Shown here one piece after another: positions 19,177 through 27,836 of a DNA stretch of 64,000 nt. Positions within the stretch are counted from its first letter, which is position 1. Each line of letters starts with the position of its first letter. A model generated the notes under the pieces. The model saw nothing but the letters and a program-made list of their open reading frames with translations, did not search any database and was not told the DNA's origin. The stretch spans positions 73,867 to 137,866 of the forward strand of contig JAFIHF010000013.1 of assembly GCA_017848855.1 (NCBI GenBank). Direction: 5' to 3'. Origin of the DNA: Rhodanobacter denitrificans (GTDB lineage: Bacteria; Pseudomonadota; Gammaproteobacteria; Xanthomonadales; Rhodanobacteraceae). The translations under genes and the position numbers were made by a program.

Positions 19177-19505
19177 GCAGCACCCGCGAGCAACGCCGTG
19201 CGCCGCGCAAGCCGGTCGACGCCGGCATCGTGGCGATCGACACGATAGCCGAGCAGCCGCTCGGCCACCTGTGCAACCTCTCCGCCAGCGGCCTGTTGCT
19301 GATCGGCGGCCGCGCGCCGCGCAGCGAGGGCATCTACCAGGTGCGCATGCCGCTGCCGGGCACCGGCGGCAGCATCGAGCTGGGCCTGCAGGAACAGTGG
19401 CACGAACCGGCGGCCAGCCCCGGCCAGTACTGGGCCGGCTACCGCATCATCGCCGTCAGCAGCGAGCACGGCGAACTGCTGGAGCGCTGGCTGCGCCAGG
19501 CCTGA
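19173..19505 (+). CDS. PilZ domain protein (predicted c-di-GMP receptor)
   Basis: The 110-aa product has RRAPR (RxxxR) followed ~25 residues later by NLSASG ((D/N)xSxxG). The ATG overlaps the DUF1631 stop codon (ATGA). Confidence 0.8.
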   Translation: MSSTREQRRAPRKPVDAGIVAIDTIAEQPLGHLCNLSASGLLLIGGRAPRSEGIYQVRMPLPGTGGSIELGLQEQWHEPAASPGQYWAGYRIIAVSSEHGELLERWLRQA

Positions 19506-19554
19506 GCGAGGCGGCGCGCTACACTGGCAGGCCCACGCCTGCCAGGAACCCGCG

Positions 19555-20871
19555 ATGGACACCGCGCCCGCCGCCCTCTATCCCGCGCACCTCGCCACCC
19601 TGCGCACGCGCGCCGACCGGGCGCTGGCGTTGGGCGGCTTCGATCACCTGCTGATCGCCGCGAGCACGCCGCTGCGCAAGTTCCTCGACGACCAGGACTA
19701 CCCCTTCGTCGCGAACCCGCACTTCCGGCACTGGCTGCCGCTCACCGACGCGCCCGGCAGCTGGATCGCCTACACACCCGGCGCAAAGCCGAAACTGGTG
19801 TTCGTGCAGCCGCGCGACTACTGGCACGTGGTGCCCGAAGCGCCGCACGGCTACTGGGTGGAGCACTTCGACATCGTCACCGTGCGCAGCGCGGCGGAAG
19901 CGGTGGCGCAGCTGCCGAAGGGGCACAGCGCGGTGCTCGCGCCGGCTTGTCCTGCCATCGACGGCGTGACGGTCAACAACCCGCAGGCCGTACTCGATTA
20001 CCTGCACTGGCATCGCTCGTACAAGACGCCCTACGAACTGGCGCTGATGCGCGAAGCGAACCGCATCGGCGCCCGCGCGCATTGCGCGGCCGAGGCCGCA
20101 TTCCGCGCCGGCGAGAGCGAGTTCGGCATCCACCTCGCCTACCTCGCCGCCGCGAGGCAGATCGACGCCGAGCTGCCCTACGCCAGCATCGTGGGCCTCA
20201 ACGAACACGGCGCGGTGCTGCACTACATGCACTTCGACCGCACGCCGCCCGCCGCGCACCGCTCCTTCCTGATCGACGCCGGCGCCAGCTGCGCGGGCTA
20301 TGCCAGCGACATCACCCGTACCCATGCCGGCACGGGCGCGGGTGAATTCCAGGCACTGATCGACAGCATGGACGCCGTGCAGCAGGGCTTCGCGGCGAAG
20401 GTGCGCGCGGGCCAGAGCTATCCCGAACTGCATATCCACGCCCACCACGTCATCGCCGGCGTGCTGCGCGAACACGGCTTCATCCGCCTGAGCGCGGAGG
20501 GCGCGGTGGAATCCGGCGTCACTTCCGCGTTCTTCCCGCACGGCCTCGGCCACCCGATCGGCCTGCAGGTGCACGACGTGGCCGGTTTCCAGCAGAGCGA
20601 ACGCGGCGGCAGCATCCCGCGCCCCGCCGGTCATCCGTATCTGCGCATGACCCGCGTGCTGGAACCGGGCATGGTGGTGACGATCGAGCCGGGCCTGTAC
20701 TTCATCGACATGCTGCTCGCCGAGCTGCGCGACAAGCCGGTGGCCGCCGACATCGACTGGGCGAAGGTGGACGCGTTCCGTCGCTACGGCGGCATCCGCA
20801 TCGAGGACGACGTGGTGTGCACGGAAGGCGCACCGGAGAACCTCACGCGCGACGCGTTCGCCGTCGCATAG
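19555..20871 (+). CDS. pepQ: Xaa-Pro dipeptidase PepQ (M24B)
   Basis: The 438-aa product has M24 metal-ligand context (LIDAGASCAGYASDITRT, HGLGHPIGLQVHD, VVTIEPGLY, IRIEDDV). Confidence 0.9.
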   Translation: MDTAPAALYPAHLATLRTRADRALALGGFDHLLIAASTPLRKFLDDQDYPFVANPHFRHWLPLTDAPGSWIAYTPGAKPKLVFVQPRDYWHVVPEAPHGYWVEHFDIVTVRSAAEAVAQLPKGHSAVLAPACPAIDGVTVNNPQAVLDYLHWHRSYKTPYELALMREANRIGARAHCAAEAAFRAGESEFGIHLAYLAAARQIDAELPYASIVGLNEHGAVLHYMHFDRTPPAAHRSFLIDAGASCAGYASDITRTHAGTGAGEFQALIDSMDAVQQGFAAKVRAGQSYPELHIHAHHVIAGVLREHGFIRLSAEGAVESGVTSAFFPHGLGHPIGLQVHDVAGFQQSERGGSIPRPAGHPYLRMTRVLEPGMVVTIEPGLYFIDMLLAELRDKPVAADIDWAKVDAFRRYGGIRIEDDVVCTEGAPENLTRDAFAVA

Positions 20872-20989
20872 CGCACCGCGCGCTCCGCAGCGCCCCCGTG
20901 GCGAGGCGCTGCGACATTGCCCCGCACTCCGGCTTCACGCGCGGGGCGTATCCTGCGCGGTATGTGATGCATGGAGTCGCCGCGTGTCC

Positions 20990-21214
20990 ATGTCGCCCGC
21001 CGAGTCGCTGCGTGAAACCGTGTCCGCGCGGCCGCTGCGGCGCCTGAGCGTCGAACTGGTCGCGCTGGTGCTGGCGAAGATCGCGCTGCTCGCGCTGCTG
21101 TGGTGGCTCGTGTTCGCGCCGCAACCGAAGCCGGACAGCAGCCCCGCCGCGATCGAACGCCTGCTCGCCCCCGCCGCCAGCCCCGCCCCGCCCGCGCAAG
21201 GAACCCGCCCATGA
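20990..21214 (+). CDS. Small single-TM protein upstream of cydA (CydP-like)
   Basis: The ~74-aa product has a basic N-terminus and then LVALVLAKIALLALLWWLVF. Its stop overlaps the cydA ATG (ATGA). A GTG alternative is at 20984. Family assignment is from memory only. Confidence 0.5.
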   Translation: MSPAESLRETVSARPLRRLSVELVALVLAKIALLALLWWLVFAPQPKPDSSPAAIERLLAPAASPAPPAQGTRP

Positions 21215-22770
21215 TGATCGACGCCGAGGTCGTCACGCTGTCGCGCCTGCAGTTCGCGCTGACCGCGCTCTACCACTTCCTGTTCGTGCCGCTGACGCTG
21301 GGCCTGGTGTGGATCCTGGCGATCATGGAAAGCGTCTACGTGATGACCGGGCGCGAGGTGTGGAAGCGCATGGTGCAGTACTGGGGCGTGCTGTTCGGCA
21401 TCAACTTCGCGATGGGCGTGGCCACCGGCGTGACGATGGAATTCCAGTTCGGCATGAACTGGGCGTACTACTCGCACTACGTGGGCGACGTGTTCGGCAC
21501 GCCGCTGGCGATCGAGGGGCTGATGGCGTTCTTCCTCGAGGCCACCCTGGTCGGCGTGTTCTTCATGGGCTGGGAGCGCATCTCGCGGGTGCAGCACCTC
21601 CTGGTGACCTGGTTCCTCGCGCTGGGCACCAGCCTGTCGGCGCTGTGGATCCTGGTGGCGAATGCGTGGATGCAGCATCCGGCGGGCGCCGCGTTCGATC
21701 CGCAGACGATGCGCATGGAGGTCACCTCGTTCGCCGAGGTGTTCTTCAACCCGGTGGCGCAGGACAAGTTCGTGCACACGGTGAGCGCGGGCTACGTGCT
21801 GGGCTCGATGTTCGTGCTGTCGATCAGCGCGTGGTTCCTGCTGCGCGGGCGCAACGTGGATTTCGCCAAGCGCTCGATGACGGTGGCGGCCAGCTTCGGC
21901 CTCGCCGCCGCGCTCAGCGTGGTGGTGCTGGGCGATGCCTCGGGCTACTCGGTGTCGCTGAACCAGAAGATGAAGATGGCGGCGATCGAGGCGATGTGGC
22001 ACACCGAGCCGGCGCCGGCCGCGTTCACCGTGGTCGGCATTCCCGACACCCGGGCCAGGACCACCCATGCGGCGATCAAGCTGCCGTGGGTGCTGGGCCT
22101 GATCGGCACGCACTCGATCGACCAGACCATTCCCGGCATCGCCGAGCTGGTCGAGGACGCGAAAGCGCGCATCGGGCAGGGGCTGAAGGCCTACGACGCG
22201 ATGCTGGCGCTGCGCCGCAACCCGGACGACGCGCAGGCGAAGGCGGTGCTGGCCGCGAACGGCCAGGATCTCGGCTACGCGCTGCTGCTGAAGCGGTACG
22301 CGGACGACCCGCGCCAGGCCACGCCTGCGCAGATCCAGCAGGCCGCCGACTCGACGATCCCGAACGTGCCGGTGCTGTTCTGGGCGTTCCGCATCATGGT
22401 GGGCTGCGGCTTCTACTTCATCGCGCTGTTCGCGCTGTCGTTCTGGAAGGCCAGCAAGCGCCGGCTGGACACGCAGCGCGGCTATCTGCGGCTGGCGCTG
22501 TGGAGCCTGCCGCTGCCGTGGATCGCCGCCGAGCTGGGCTGGATCGTGGCCGAGTACGGCCGCCAGCCGTGGGCGATCGAGGGCGTGCTGCCCACCGCGC
22601 TGGGCGTGTCCTCGGTGAGCGCGGGCCAGGTGTGGAGTTCGCTGGGCGGCTTCGTGCTGTTCTACACCGCGCTGGCGGTGGTGGACGCGCTGCTGATGCT
22701 GAAGTTCGTGCGCAAGGGGCCGGACGGGCTGGGGATCTGGCCGCCGGCCCAACCCGCGGACGCGCACTGA
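21211..22770 (+). CDS. cydA: Cytochrome bd ubiquinol oxidase subunit I
   Basis: The sequence [22 protein letters not shown]...[22 protein letters not shown] is a canonical CydA. ATG at 21211. Confidence 0.95.
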   Translation: MMIDAEVVTLSRLQFALTALYHFLFVPLTLGLVWILAIMESVYVMTGREVWKRMVQYWGVLFGINFAMGVATGVTMEFQFGMNWAYYSHYVGDVFGTPLAIEGLMAFFLEATLVGVFFMGWERISRVQHLLVTWFLALGTSLSALWILVANAWMQHPAGAAFDPQTMRMEVTSFAEVFFNPVAQDKFVHTVSAGYVLGSMFVLSISAWFLLRGRNVDFAKRSMTVAASFGLAAALSVVVLGDASGYSVSLNQKMKMAAIEAMWHTEPAPAAFTVVGIPDTRARTTHAAIKLPWVLGLIGTHSIDQTIPGIAELVEDAKARIGQGLKAYDAMLALRRNPDDAQAKAVLAANGQDLGYALLLKRYADDPRQATPAQIQQAADSTIPNVPVLFWAFRIMVGCGFYFIALFALSFWKASKRRLDTQRGYLRLALWSLPLPWIAAELGWIVAEYGRQPWAIEGVLPTALGVSSVSAGQVWSSLGGFVLFYTALAVVDALLMLKFVRKGPDGLGIWPPAQPADAH

Positions 22771-22780
22771 GGAGATCGCC

Positions 22781-23911
22781 ATGTTCGACTACACCACGCT
22801 GCGACTGGTCTGGTGGGCGCTGCTGGGCACGCTGCTGGTCGCGTTCGCGATCATGGACGGCTTCGACTTCGGCGTGGCCGGCCTGCTCAAGCTGCTGGGC
22901 CGCGACAACGAGGAGCGCCAGGTGCTGCTGGAAGGCATCGAGCCGACCTGGGAGGGCAACCAGGTGTGGTTCATCCTCGCCGGCGGCGCCACCTTCGCGG
23001 CCTGGCCGGTGCTCTACGCGGTGTCGTTCTCCGGCCTGTACCTGGCGATGTTCCTGGTGCTGCTGGCCTTCATCCTGCGCCCGGTGGGCTTCAACTTCCG
23101 CGGCAAGCTGCGCGACCCGCGCTGGGCCAGCCTGTGGGACTGGGTGCTGGTGCTCTCCGGCGTGGTGGTGATGCTGGTGGCGGGCGTGGCCTTCGGCAAC
23201 CTGTTCCTGGGCCTGCCGTTCCGCTTCGACGGCGACCTGCGCATGAGCTGGCAGGGCGGCTTCCTCGACTTGCTGCATCCCTACGCGCTGCTGTGCGGGC
23301 TGGTCTCGCTCAGCATGCTGCTGGCGCACGGCGCCTGCTGGGCGGCGCTGAAGGCCGACCACGCGATCGCCGCGCGCGCGGTGCGCATCGCGCGCTGGGC
23401 CACGCTGGCGTTCGCGGTGCTGTACGTGCTGGCCGGCATCTGGCTGGCCTGGGGCATCCCCGGCTACGCGGTGGCCGGCCCGGCGGTGACGGACGGCGCA
23501 TCGAACCCGCTGTACAAGCAGGTCGCGGTGGGCGGCAGCTGGTTCGCCGGCTACCTGCAATACCCCGGCTTCTGGATCGCGCCGCTGGCGGCCCTGCTCG
23601 CCGCGGTGGCGGTGCAGGCGCTGGTGGGCCGGCGCGGCGTGGGCGGCTTCGTCGCCAGCAGCGTGATGGTGGGCGGCACCATCGCCTCGGCCGGCTTCGC
23701 GCTGTTCCCGTTCCTGCTGCCGTCCAGGCTCGACCCGCGCTCCAGCCTCACCGTGTGGGACGCCTCCTCCAGCCGCGGCACGCTGGAGCTGATGCTGGGC
23801 GCGACCGTGGTGTTCCTGCCGATCGTGATCCTCTACACCGGCTGGGTGTACCGCGTGATGCGCGGGCGCGTCACGCTGGCGGACGTGCGCAAGTCGCACG
23901 GCGGTTATTGA
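22781..23911 (+). CDS. cydB: Cytochrome bd ubiquinol oxidase subunit II
   Basis: The N-terminus [31 protein letters not shown] is a canonical CydB. A GAGGAG ribosome-binding site lies 6 nt upstream. Confidence 0.95.
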   Translation: MFDYTTLRLVWWALLGTLLVAFAIMDGFDFGVAGLLKLLGRDNEERQVLLEGIEPTWEGNQVWFILAGGATFAAWPVLYAVSFSGLYLAMFLVLLAFILRPVGFNFRGKLRDPRWASLWDWVLVLSGVVVMLVAGVAFGNLFLGLPFRFDGDLRMSWQGGFLDLLHPYALLCGLVSLSMLLAHGACWAALKADHAIAARAVRIARWATLAFAVLYVLAGIWLAWGIPGYAVAGPAVTDGASNPLYKQVAVGGSWFAGYLQYPGFWIAPLAALLAAVAVQALVGRRGVGGFVASSVMVGGTIASAGFALFPFLLPSRLDPRSSLTVWDASSSRGTLELMLGATVVFLPIVILYTGWVYRVMRGRVTLADVRKSHGGY

Positions 23912-23922
23912 AGGAGCCGACC

Positions 23923-24060
23923 ATGTGGTACTTCTCGTGGATTCTCGGCCTGGGCCTGGCCTGCGCGTTCGCCGTGCTCAACGCGATGTGGTACGAGGTG
24001 CACGCCACCGACGAGGCGCACCGGCGCAAGGAGCGGTTGCCGGCGGACGAGGAGCGCTGA
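23923..24060 (+). CDS. cydX: Cytochrome bd oxidase small subunit CydX
   Basis: The 45-aa product begins MWYFSWILGLGLACAFAVLNAMW, typical of CydX/YbgT. An AAGGAG ribosome-binding site is upstream. Confidence 0.85.
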   Translation: MWYFSWILGLGLACAFAVLNAMWYEVHATDEAHRRKERLPADEER

Positions 24061-24084
24061 ACGCCGGGGCCTGTCTGCCCGCTG

Positions 24085-24222
24085 CCGTTCGCTCGATACC
24101 GTTCACTCGATGCCGTTCGCTCGCCACCGTTCGCCCTGAGCGTAGCGAAGCGGAGTCGAAGGGCCACCCACACGGCGATTGCCCTTCGACTCCGCCGCTG
24201 CGCGGCTACGCTCAGGGCGAAC
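24085..24222. repeat. Four 14-bp tandem repeats fused to a REP hairpin, family B (GTTCGCCCTGAGCGTAGCG...GTCGAAGGGC)
   Basis: The tandem units are CCGTTCGCTCGATA / CCGTTCACTCGATG / CCGTTCGCTCGCCA / CCGTTCGCCCTGAG (24085-24140). The long inverted repeat 24129-24164 pairs with 24181-24222. Confidence 0.85.
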
Positions 24223-24244
24223 GTGGGTGAAGCAACGACAGCCC

Positions 24245-25585
24245 TCAGCGCGCAGCCAGCAGCGCCTCGATCTCCGCCGCCTCTTTCGGCACGGCGGCGC
24301 TGAGCACTTCGCTGCCCTCGCGCGTCACCGCCACATCGTCCTCGATGCGGATGCCGATGCCGCGCCAGCGTTCGTCCACGCCGGGCTCGTCGGGCGGCAC
24401 GTAGATGCCCGGCTCCACCGTCACCACCATGCCCGGCTCCAGCACGCGCGAGGCGCCGTCGATGCGGTAGTCGCCCACGTCGTGCACGTCCAGGCCCAGC
24501 CAGTGGCCGGTCTTGGCGGGGAAGAAGCGCTGGTAGCTGCCTTCGGCGATCGCGCTGTCGGCATCGCCGGGGATCAGGCCCAGTGCGCACAGGCCTTCGG
24601 CGATCACCCGCACCGCGGCGCGGTGCGCGGCGTCGAACGGCTGGCCCGGCCGCACCTCGTCGATCGCGGCGAGCTGGGCGGCCAGCACCACTTCGTACAG
24701 CGCGCGCTGCTCGCGATTGTAGCGGCCGTTGACCGGGATGGTGCGACTGATGTCGGACGCGTAGCAGTCGAGCTCGGCGCCGGCGTCGATCAGCAGCAGG
24801 TCGCCGGCGTCCAGCCGCGCGCGGTTGTGCTGGTAGTGCATCGTGCAGGCGTTGCTGCCGGCGGCGACGATGGGCGTGAACGCGGGCACCGCGCCGCGGC
24901 TGCGCAGCGCGTGCAGCAGTTCCGCCTCCACCTCGTATTCGTGCCGGCCCGGCACCGCGCTGCGCCACGCGGCGAGATGCGCCTCGGCGGCGATGCCGGC
25001 GGCGGCGCGCATCAGCTTCAGCTCGGCGCGCGACTTGTACAGGCGCAGATCGTGCAAGAGGTGCCCCAACGCCACGAACTCCTTCGGCACCACGCCGCCG
25101 CCGCGCAGCTGGCGCAGGCGGCGCATCCAGCCCAAGAGCTGCGCGTCGAAGGCGGGCTCGCGGCCGAAGTGGCAATACACCCGCGCCCTGCCCTCGATCA
25201 TGCCGGGCAGGATGTCGTCGATGTCGTCGATCGGGAACGCGTCGTCCATGCCGTAATCGGCCACCGCGCGCTCGGTGCCGATCGAGCGACCGTGCCAGCG
25301 CGCCTGCTCGGCGTCGCGCTCGCGACAGAACAGCACCACCTCGCCGTGCAGGCGGCCCGGCAAGAGCGCCAGCACCGCGTCGGGCTCGGGGAAGCCGGCG
25401 AGGTAGTGGAAGTCCGAATCCTGCCGGTACGGCCAGGCGGCGTCGGCGTTGCGCAGGCGCTCGGGCGCGGCGGCGACCAGCAGCACGGCATCCTCGCCAG
25501 CCATCGCCATCAGCTGGCGGCGGCGGCGGGCGAATTCCTCGCCTGCGATCGCCGCCACTGCGGCGCGTTCGACCGGCGTGTTCAA
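24245..25585 (-). CDS. pepP: Xaa-Pro aminopeptidase PepP (M24B)
   Basis: It has the N-terminal EEFARRRRQL...AAPE pattern like E. coli PepP and M24 ligands (LLIDAGAELDCYASDISRT, HWLGLDVHD, VTVEPGIY, IRIEDDV). TTG start at 25585 overlaps the ygfB stop codon (TTGA). An alternative GTG is at 25558. Confidence 0.9.
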   Translation of the reverse strand: MNTPVERAAVAAIAGEEFARRRRQLMAMAGEDAVLLVAAAPERLRNADAAWPYRQDSDFHYLAGFPEPDAVLALLPGRLHGEVVLFCRERDAEQARWHGRSIGTERAVADYGMDDAFPIDDIDDILPGMIEGRARVYCHFGREPAFDAQLLGWMRRLRQLRGGGVVPKEFVALGHLLHDLRLYKSRAELKLMRAAAGIAAEAHLAAWRSAVPGRHEYEVEAELLHALRSRGAVPAFTPIVAAGSNACTMHYQHNRARLDAGDLLLIDAGAELDCYASDISRTIPVNGRYNREQRALYEVVLAAQLAAIDEVRPGQPFDAAHRAAVRVIAEGLCALGLIPGDADSAIAEGSYQRFFPAKTGHWLGLDVHDVGDYRIDGASRVLEPGMVVTVEPGIYVPPDEPGVDERWRGIGIRIEDDVAVTREGSEVLSAAVPKEAAEIEALLAAR

Positions 25586-26145
25586 TGCAGGCGATCGCTG
25601 CCGGACTGGCCGCGGCCGGCGGACTCGGTGTACAGCAGCAGCGCGCCCACGCGCAGGAATTCCTGCACCTCGACCAGCGCGTCCTCGTCTTCGGCGGCGT
25701 CGCCGAAGTCGAACGACGAAGCGGCGATGGTGCCGAAGTCGCGCAGCACTTCCTGCGCGTCGTCCGACAGCTGCGCGTGCGCGCCGGTGCCGGCGAGGCC
25801 GAAGCCGCCGAGGAAGCCGCGACACCATTCCGCCACCGCCTCGGCGCGTTCGGCCAGCGGGCGGTCGTCATCCGGCAGCAGCGGCTCGAAACCCAGCTCG
25901 GGGTCGGCCAGCGCGTCGCGGCATTGCCGCAGCAGCTGTTCCAGCTTGGCCTGGTCGGCCGGCGTGGGCGCCACCTCCTCACCATCGAGCTGCAACGCGG
26001 CCAGCAGGTTGCCGCCCTGCGGCGTGGCGCCGCCGGCGAGGTAGCCGCACAGCGAGCCGTGCAGTTCGCTGGCATCCACGCCCAGGCGCAGGCGCACGAT
26101 CAGCGCGTCCAGATCGTCGTGGCTGAGCGGTTCGGTGGCCGGCAT
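25582..26145 (-). CDS. ygfB: UPF0149 family protein YgfB
   Basis: The acidic 187-aa protein has ELHGSLCGYL and EWCRGFLGGFGL motifs. The ygfB-pepP synteny is conserved. Confidence 0.8.
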   Translation of the reverse strand: MPATEPLSHDDLDALIVRLRLGVDASELHGSLCGYLAGGATPQGGNLLAALQLDGEEVAPTPADQAKLEQLLRQCRDALADPELGFEPLLPDDDRPLAERAEAVAEWCRGFLGGFGLAGTGAHAQLSDDAQEVLRDFGTIAASSFDFGDAAEDEDALVEVQEFLRVGALLLYTESAGRGQSGSDRLH

Positions 26146-26190
26146 GGGGAGCTCCTCGGGGATGACCTGTCATTCTACGTTGCCGCCCCG

Positions 26191-26340
26191 GTAGGAGCGC
26201 ACCCTGTGCGCGACTGACAAGGAGTGAGTGAAGAGGAGTGAGGAGTGAGAGAAAAGCCCAAGGCGCGAGCTGTACGCTCTCTCTCGCTTCTCACTCCTCT
26301 CCACTCGCTTCCCGTTTTCGCGCACAGGGTGCGCTCCTAC
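26191..26340. repeat. 150-bp palindromic MITE/REP element, family C (terminal GTAGGAGCGCACCCTGTGCGCGA)
   Basis: The outer arms 26191-26213 and 26318-26340 are perfectly complementary. The inner GAGTGAG-rich arms are also inverted. It lies in the divergent ygfB / zapA-side spacer. Confidence 0.9.
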
Positions 26341-26364
26341 GGGCGCCCCGCTATAGTTCCGCGC

Positions 26365-26604
26365 ATGACCTCCGCCGACTCTCTTCCGCCCGACCCCGTC
26401 CAGCTGGAGCTGGAGGCGCTCGGCCGCCAGGTCGACCGCCTGCTCGATACCGTGCGCCGGCTCAGCGAGGAAAACCGCAGCCTGCGGCACAGCCAGGAGC
26501 AGCTGTCGGGCGAACGCGCCAGCCTGCTCGCGCGCAACGAGCAGGCGCGCAGCCGGGTCGAGGCGATGATCCAGCGACTGAAGTCGCTCGAAGGCAATCC
26601 ATGA
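26365..26604 (+). CDS. Small coiled-coil protein upstream of zapA (ZapB-like/TIGR02449-like)
   Basis: The 79-aa product has a heptad-rich sequence (LELEALGRQVDRLLDTVRRLSEENRSLR...). Its stop overlaps the zapA ATG. Confidence 0.65.
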   Translation: MTSADSLPPDPVQLELEALGRQVDRLLDTVRRLSEENRSLRHSQEQLSGERASLLARNEQARSRVEAMIQRLKSLEGNP

Positions 26605-26951
26605 GCGGCACCGCCACCAACGAACCCGTCGCGCTGCGACTGATCGACCGCGAATTCCTGATCGCCTGCGCGCCCGAAGAGCGCGAAGGCCTGGTCGAGG
26701 CCGCCAGCCTGCTCGACCGCAAGATGCGCGAGCTGCGCGCGAACGCGCGCGCGCCCAGCTTCGAGCGCCTCGCCGTGCTCGCCGCGGTAAGCATGACCCA
26801 CGAACTGCTGGCACTGCGCAAGCAGCAGGGCGGCCACGACCAGCAGACCGCGCAACGCCTCGCCACGCTGCGGCAGCGGCTGGAGATCGCGATGGAAAGC
26901 GTCGCGGCGCGACAGGGCGAACCGGTGGCGGATTTGCTGCCGAAAGCCTAG
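26601..26951 (+). CDS. zapA: Cell division protein ZapA
   Basis: The 116-aa product has VALRLIDREFLIACAPEEREGLVEAASLLDRKMRELR, a ZapA pattern. It is followed by 6S RNA and 5-FCL, as in E. coli. Confidence 0.85.
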   Translation: MSGTATNEPVALRLIDREFLIACAPEEREGLVEAASLLDRKMRELRANARAPSFERLAVLAAVSMTHELLALRKQQGGHDQQTAQRLATLRQRLEIAMESVAARQGEPVADLLPKA

Positions 26952-26961
26952 AATCGCTCTT

Positions 26962-27155
26962 GGCGTTTTCTGCGGTGTGCGCCGGCACACTCTTACATTT
27001 GCCTTGTTCCTAAATACGGCCCCGGGTCGGCTTTTCATCGGTCGTTGTGCAGGTCCGCCGCGTGCGGAAAGCCTTGAGGCCATGTCGCCCTCCCACCTGA
27101 TCCATCGTGGATCAAGGTCGTTCGGTGGGCAGCGGCATCGCGGTTGACGCCACCT
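26962..27155 (+). ncRNA. ssrS: 6S RNA (SsrS)
   Basis: It sits between zapA and the 5-formyl-THF cyclo-ligase gene, the conserved ssrS position. The 5' CUGCGGUGU can pair with the 3' GCAUCGCGG as a closing stem. The internal GAUCCAUCGUGGAUC hairpin and ...GGCAGCGGCAUCGCGG end resemble E. coli 6S. The ends are approximate. Confidence 0.6.
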
Positions 27156-27160
27156 ATTCC

Positions 27161-27196
27161 ACGCCCCGTCCGTCGCACGACCGGCGGGGCGTTTTG
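27161..27196 (+). terminator. Rho-independent terminator-like hairpin after 6S RNA
   Basis: The stem ACGCCCCG...CGGGGCG is followed by TTTT (27162-27195). Confidence 0.6.
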
Positions 27197-27215
27197 CTGG
27201 AGGAGAACCCTGCAC

Positions 27216-27836
27216 GTGGATGCCCTCGCCCACCGCCAGGCGCTGCGCCAGCAGATGGCCGAACGCCGCCGCGCGCTGCCGCCGCCCGCGCGCATGGCCG
27301 CCGCGCAAGGCCTGCGCCGCACGCTGGAGCAGCTCCCCGAATACCTCACCGACCTGCGCGTGGCCGGCTACTGGGCCGGCGGCGGCGAGCTGCCGCTGAA
27401 CCTCGTGATCCCGCCGCTGGCCGCGCGCGGCCAGCGCTTCCTGCTGCCGATCCTGGCCAAGGGCAAGGAGCTGCACTTCGCGCCGTGGAACAGCGGCGAC
27501 GCGGTGGCGCCGAACCGCTACGGCATCCCCGAGCCGGTGACGCCGCGCGAATGGTTCGCGCCGTTCCAGCTCGACCTGGTGCTGGTGCCGCTGCTCGCCT
27601 TCGACCGCCGCGGCCACCGCCTCGGCCACGGCGGCGGCTGGTACGACCGCAGCTTCGCCTTCCTCAAGGAGCAGGCCCGCCCCACCGAACCGCTGCTGGT
27701 GGGCGTGGCCTACGCGTTCCAGGAAGTCGAACGGCTCGACGCGCAAGCCTGGGACGTGCCGCTGGACTACGTCGCCACCGAGCGCGAACTGATCGCCTGC
27801 ACCACCACCGGACAAGACGGAGCCGCCCACGCATGA
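27216..27836 (+). CDS. ygfA: 5-formyltetrahydrofolate cyclo-ligase
   Basis: It has 5-FCL motifs (PNRYGIPEP, LDLVLVPLLAFDRRGHRLGHGGGWYDR). GTG at 27216 lies 12 nt after GGAGG. The start is uncertain. Confidence 0.85.
   Translation: MDALAHRQALRQQMAERRRALPPPARMAAAQGLRRTLEQLPEYLTDLRVAGYWAGGGELPLNLVIPPLAARGQRFLLPILAKGKELHFAPWNSGDAVAPNRYGIPEPVTPREWFAPFQLDLVLVPLLAFDRRGHRLGHGGGWYDRSFAFLKEQARPTEPLLVGVAYAFQEVERLDAQAWDVPLDYVATERELIACTTTGQDGAAHA

Noticed and set aside
16642-19562. Minus-strand ORFs of 825 aa and 771 aa, and the 946-aa plus-strand ORF 16665..19505.
   Set aside because: They are alternative-frame or antisense reads of the DUF1631 gene with extreme Arg/Ala/Gly/Pro composition. Only the last 110 codons of 16665..19505 (PilZ) are supported.
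20941-20975. The string TGTGATGCATGGAG upstream of the cyd operon as a CRP/Clp or FNR site.
   Set aside because: Only one half-site (TGTGA) is present. There is no matching TCACA or TTGAT/ATCAA partner at the correct spacing.
20935-23899. Minus-strand ORFs of 615 aa and 493 aa antisense to cydA/cydB, and the plus-strand ORFs 21309..23171 and 22813..24060.
   Set aside because: The CydA, CydB and CydX frames are unambiguous. The alternatives are GC-driven open frames. Only the CydX tail of 22813..24060 is real.
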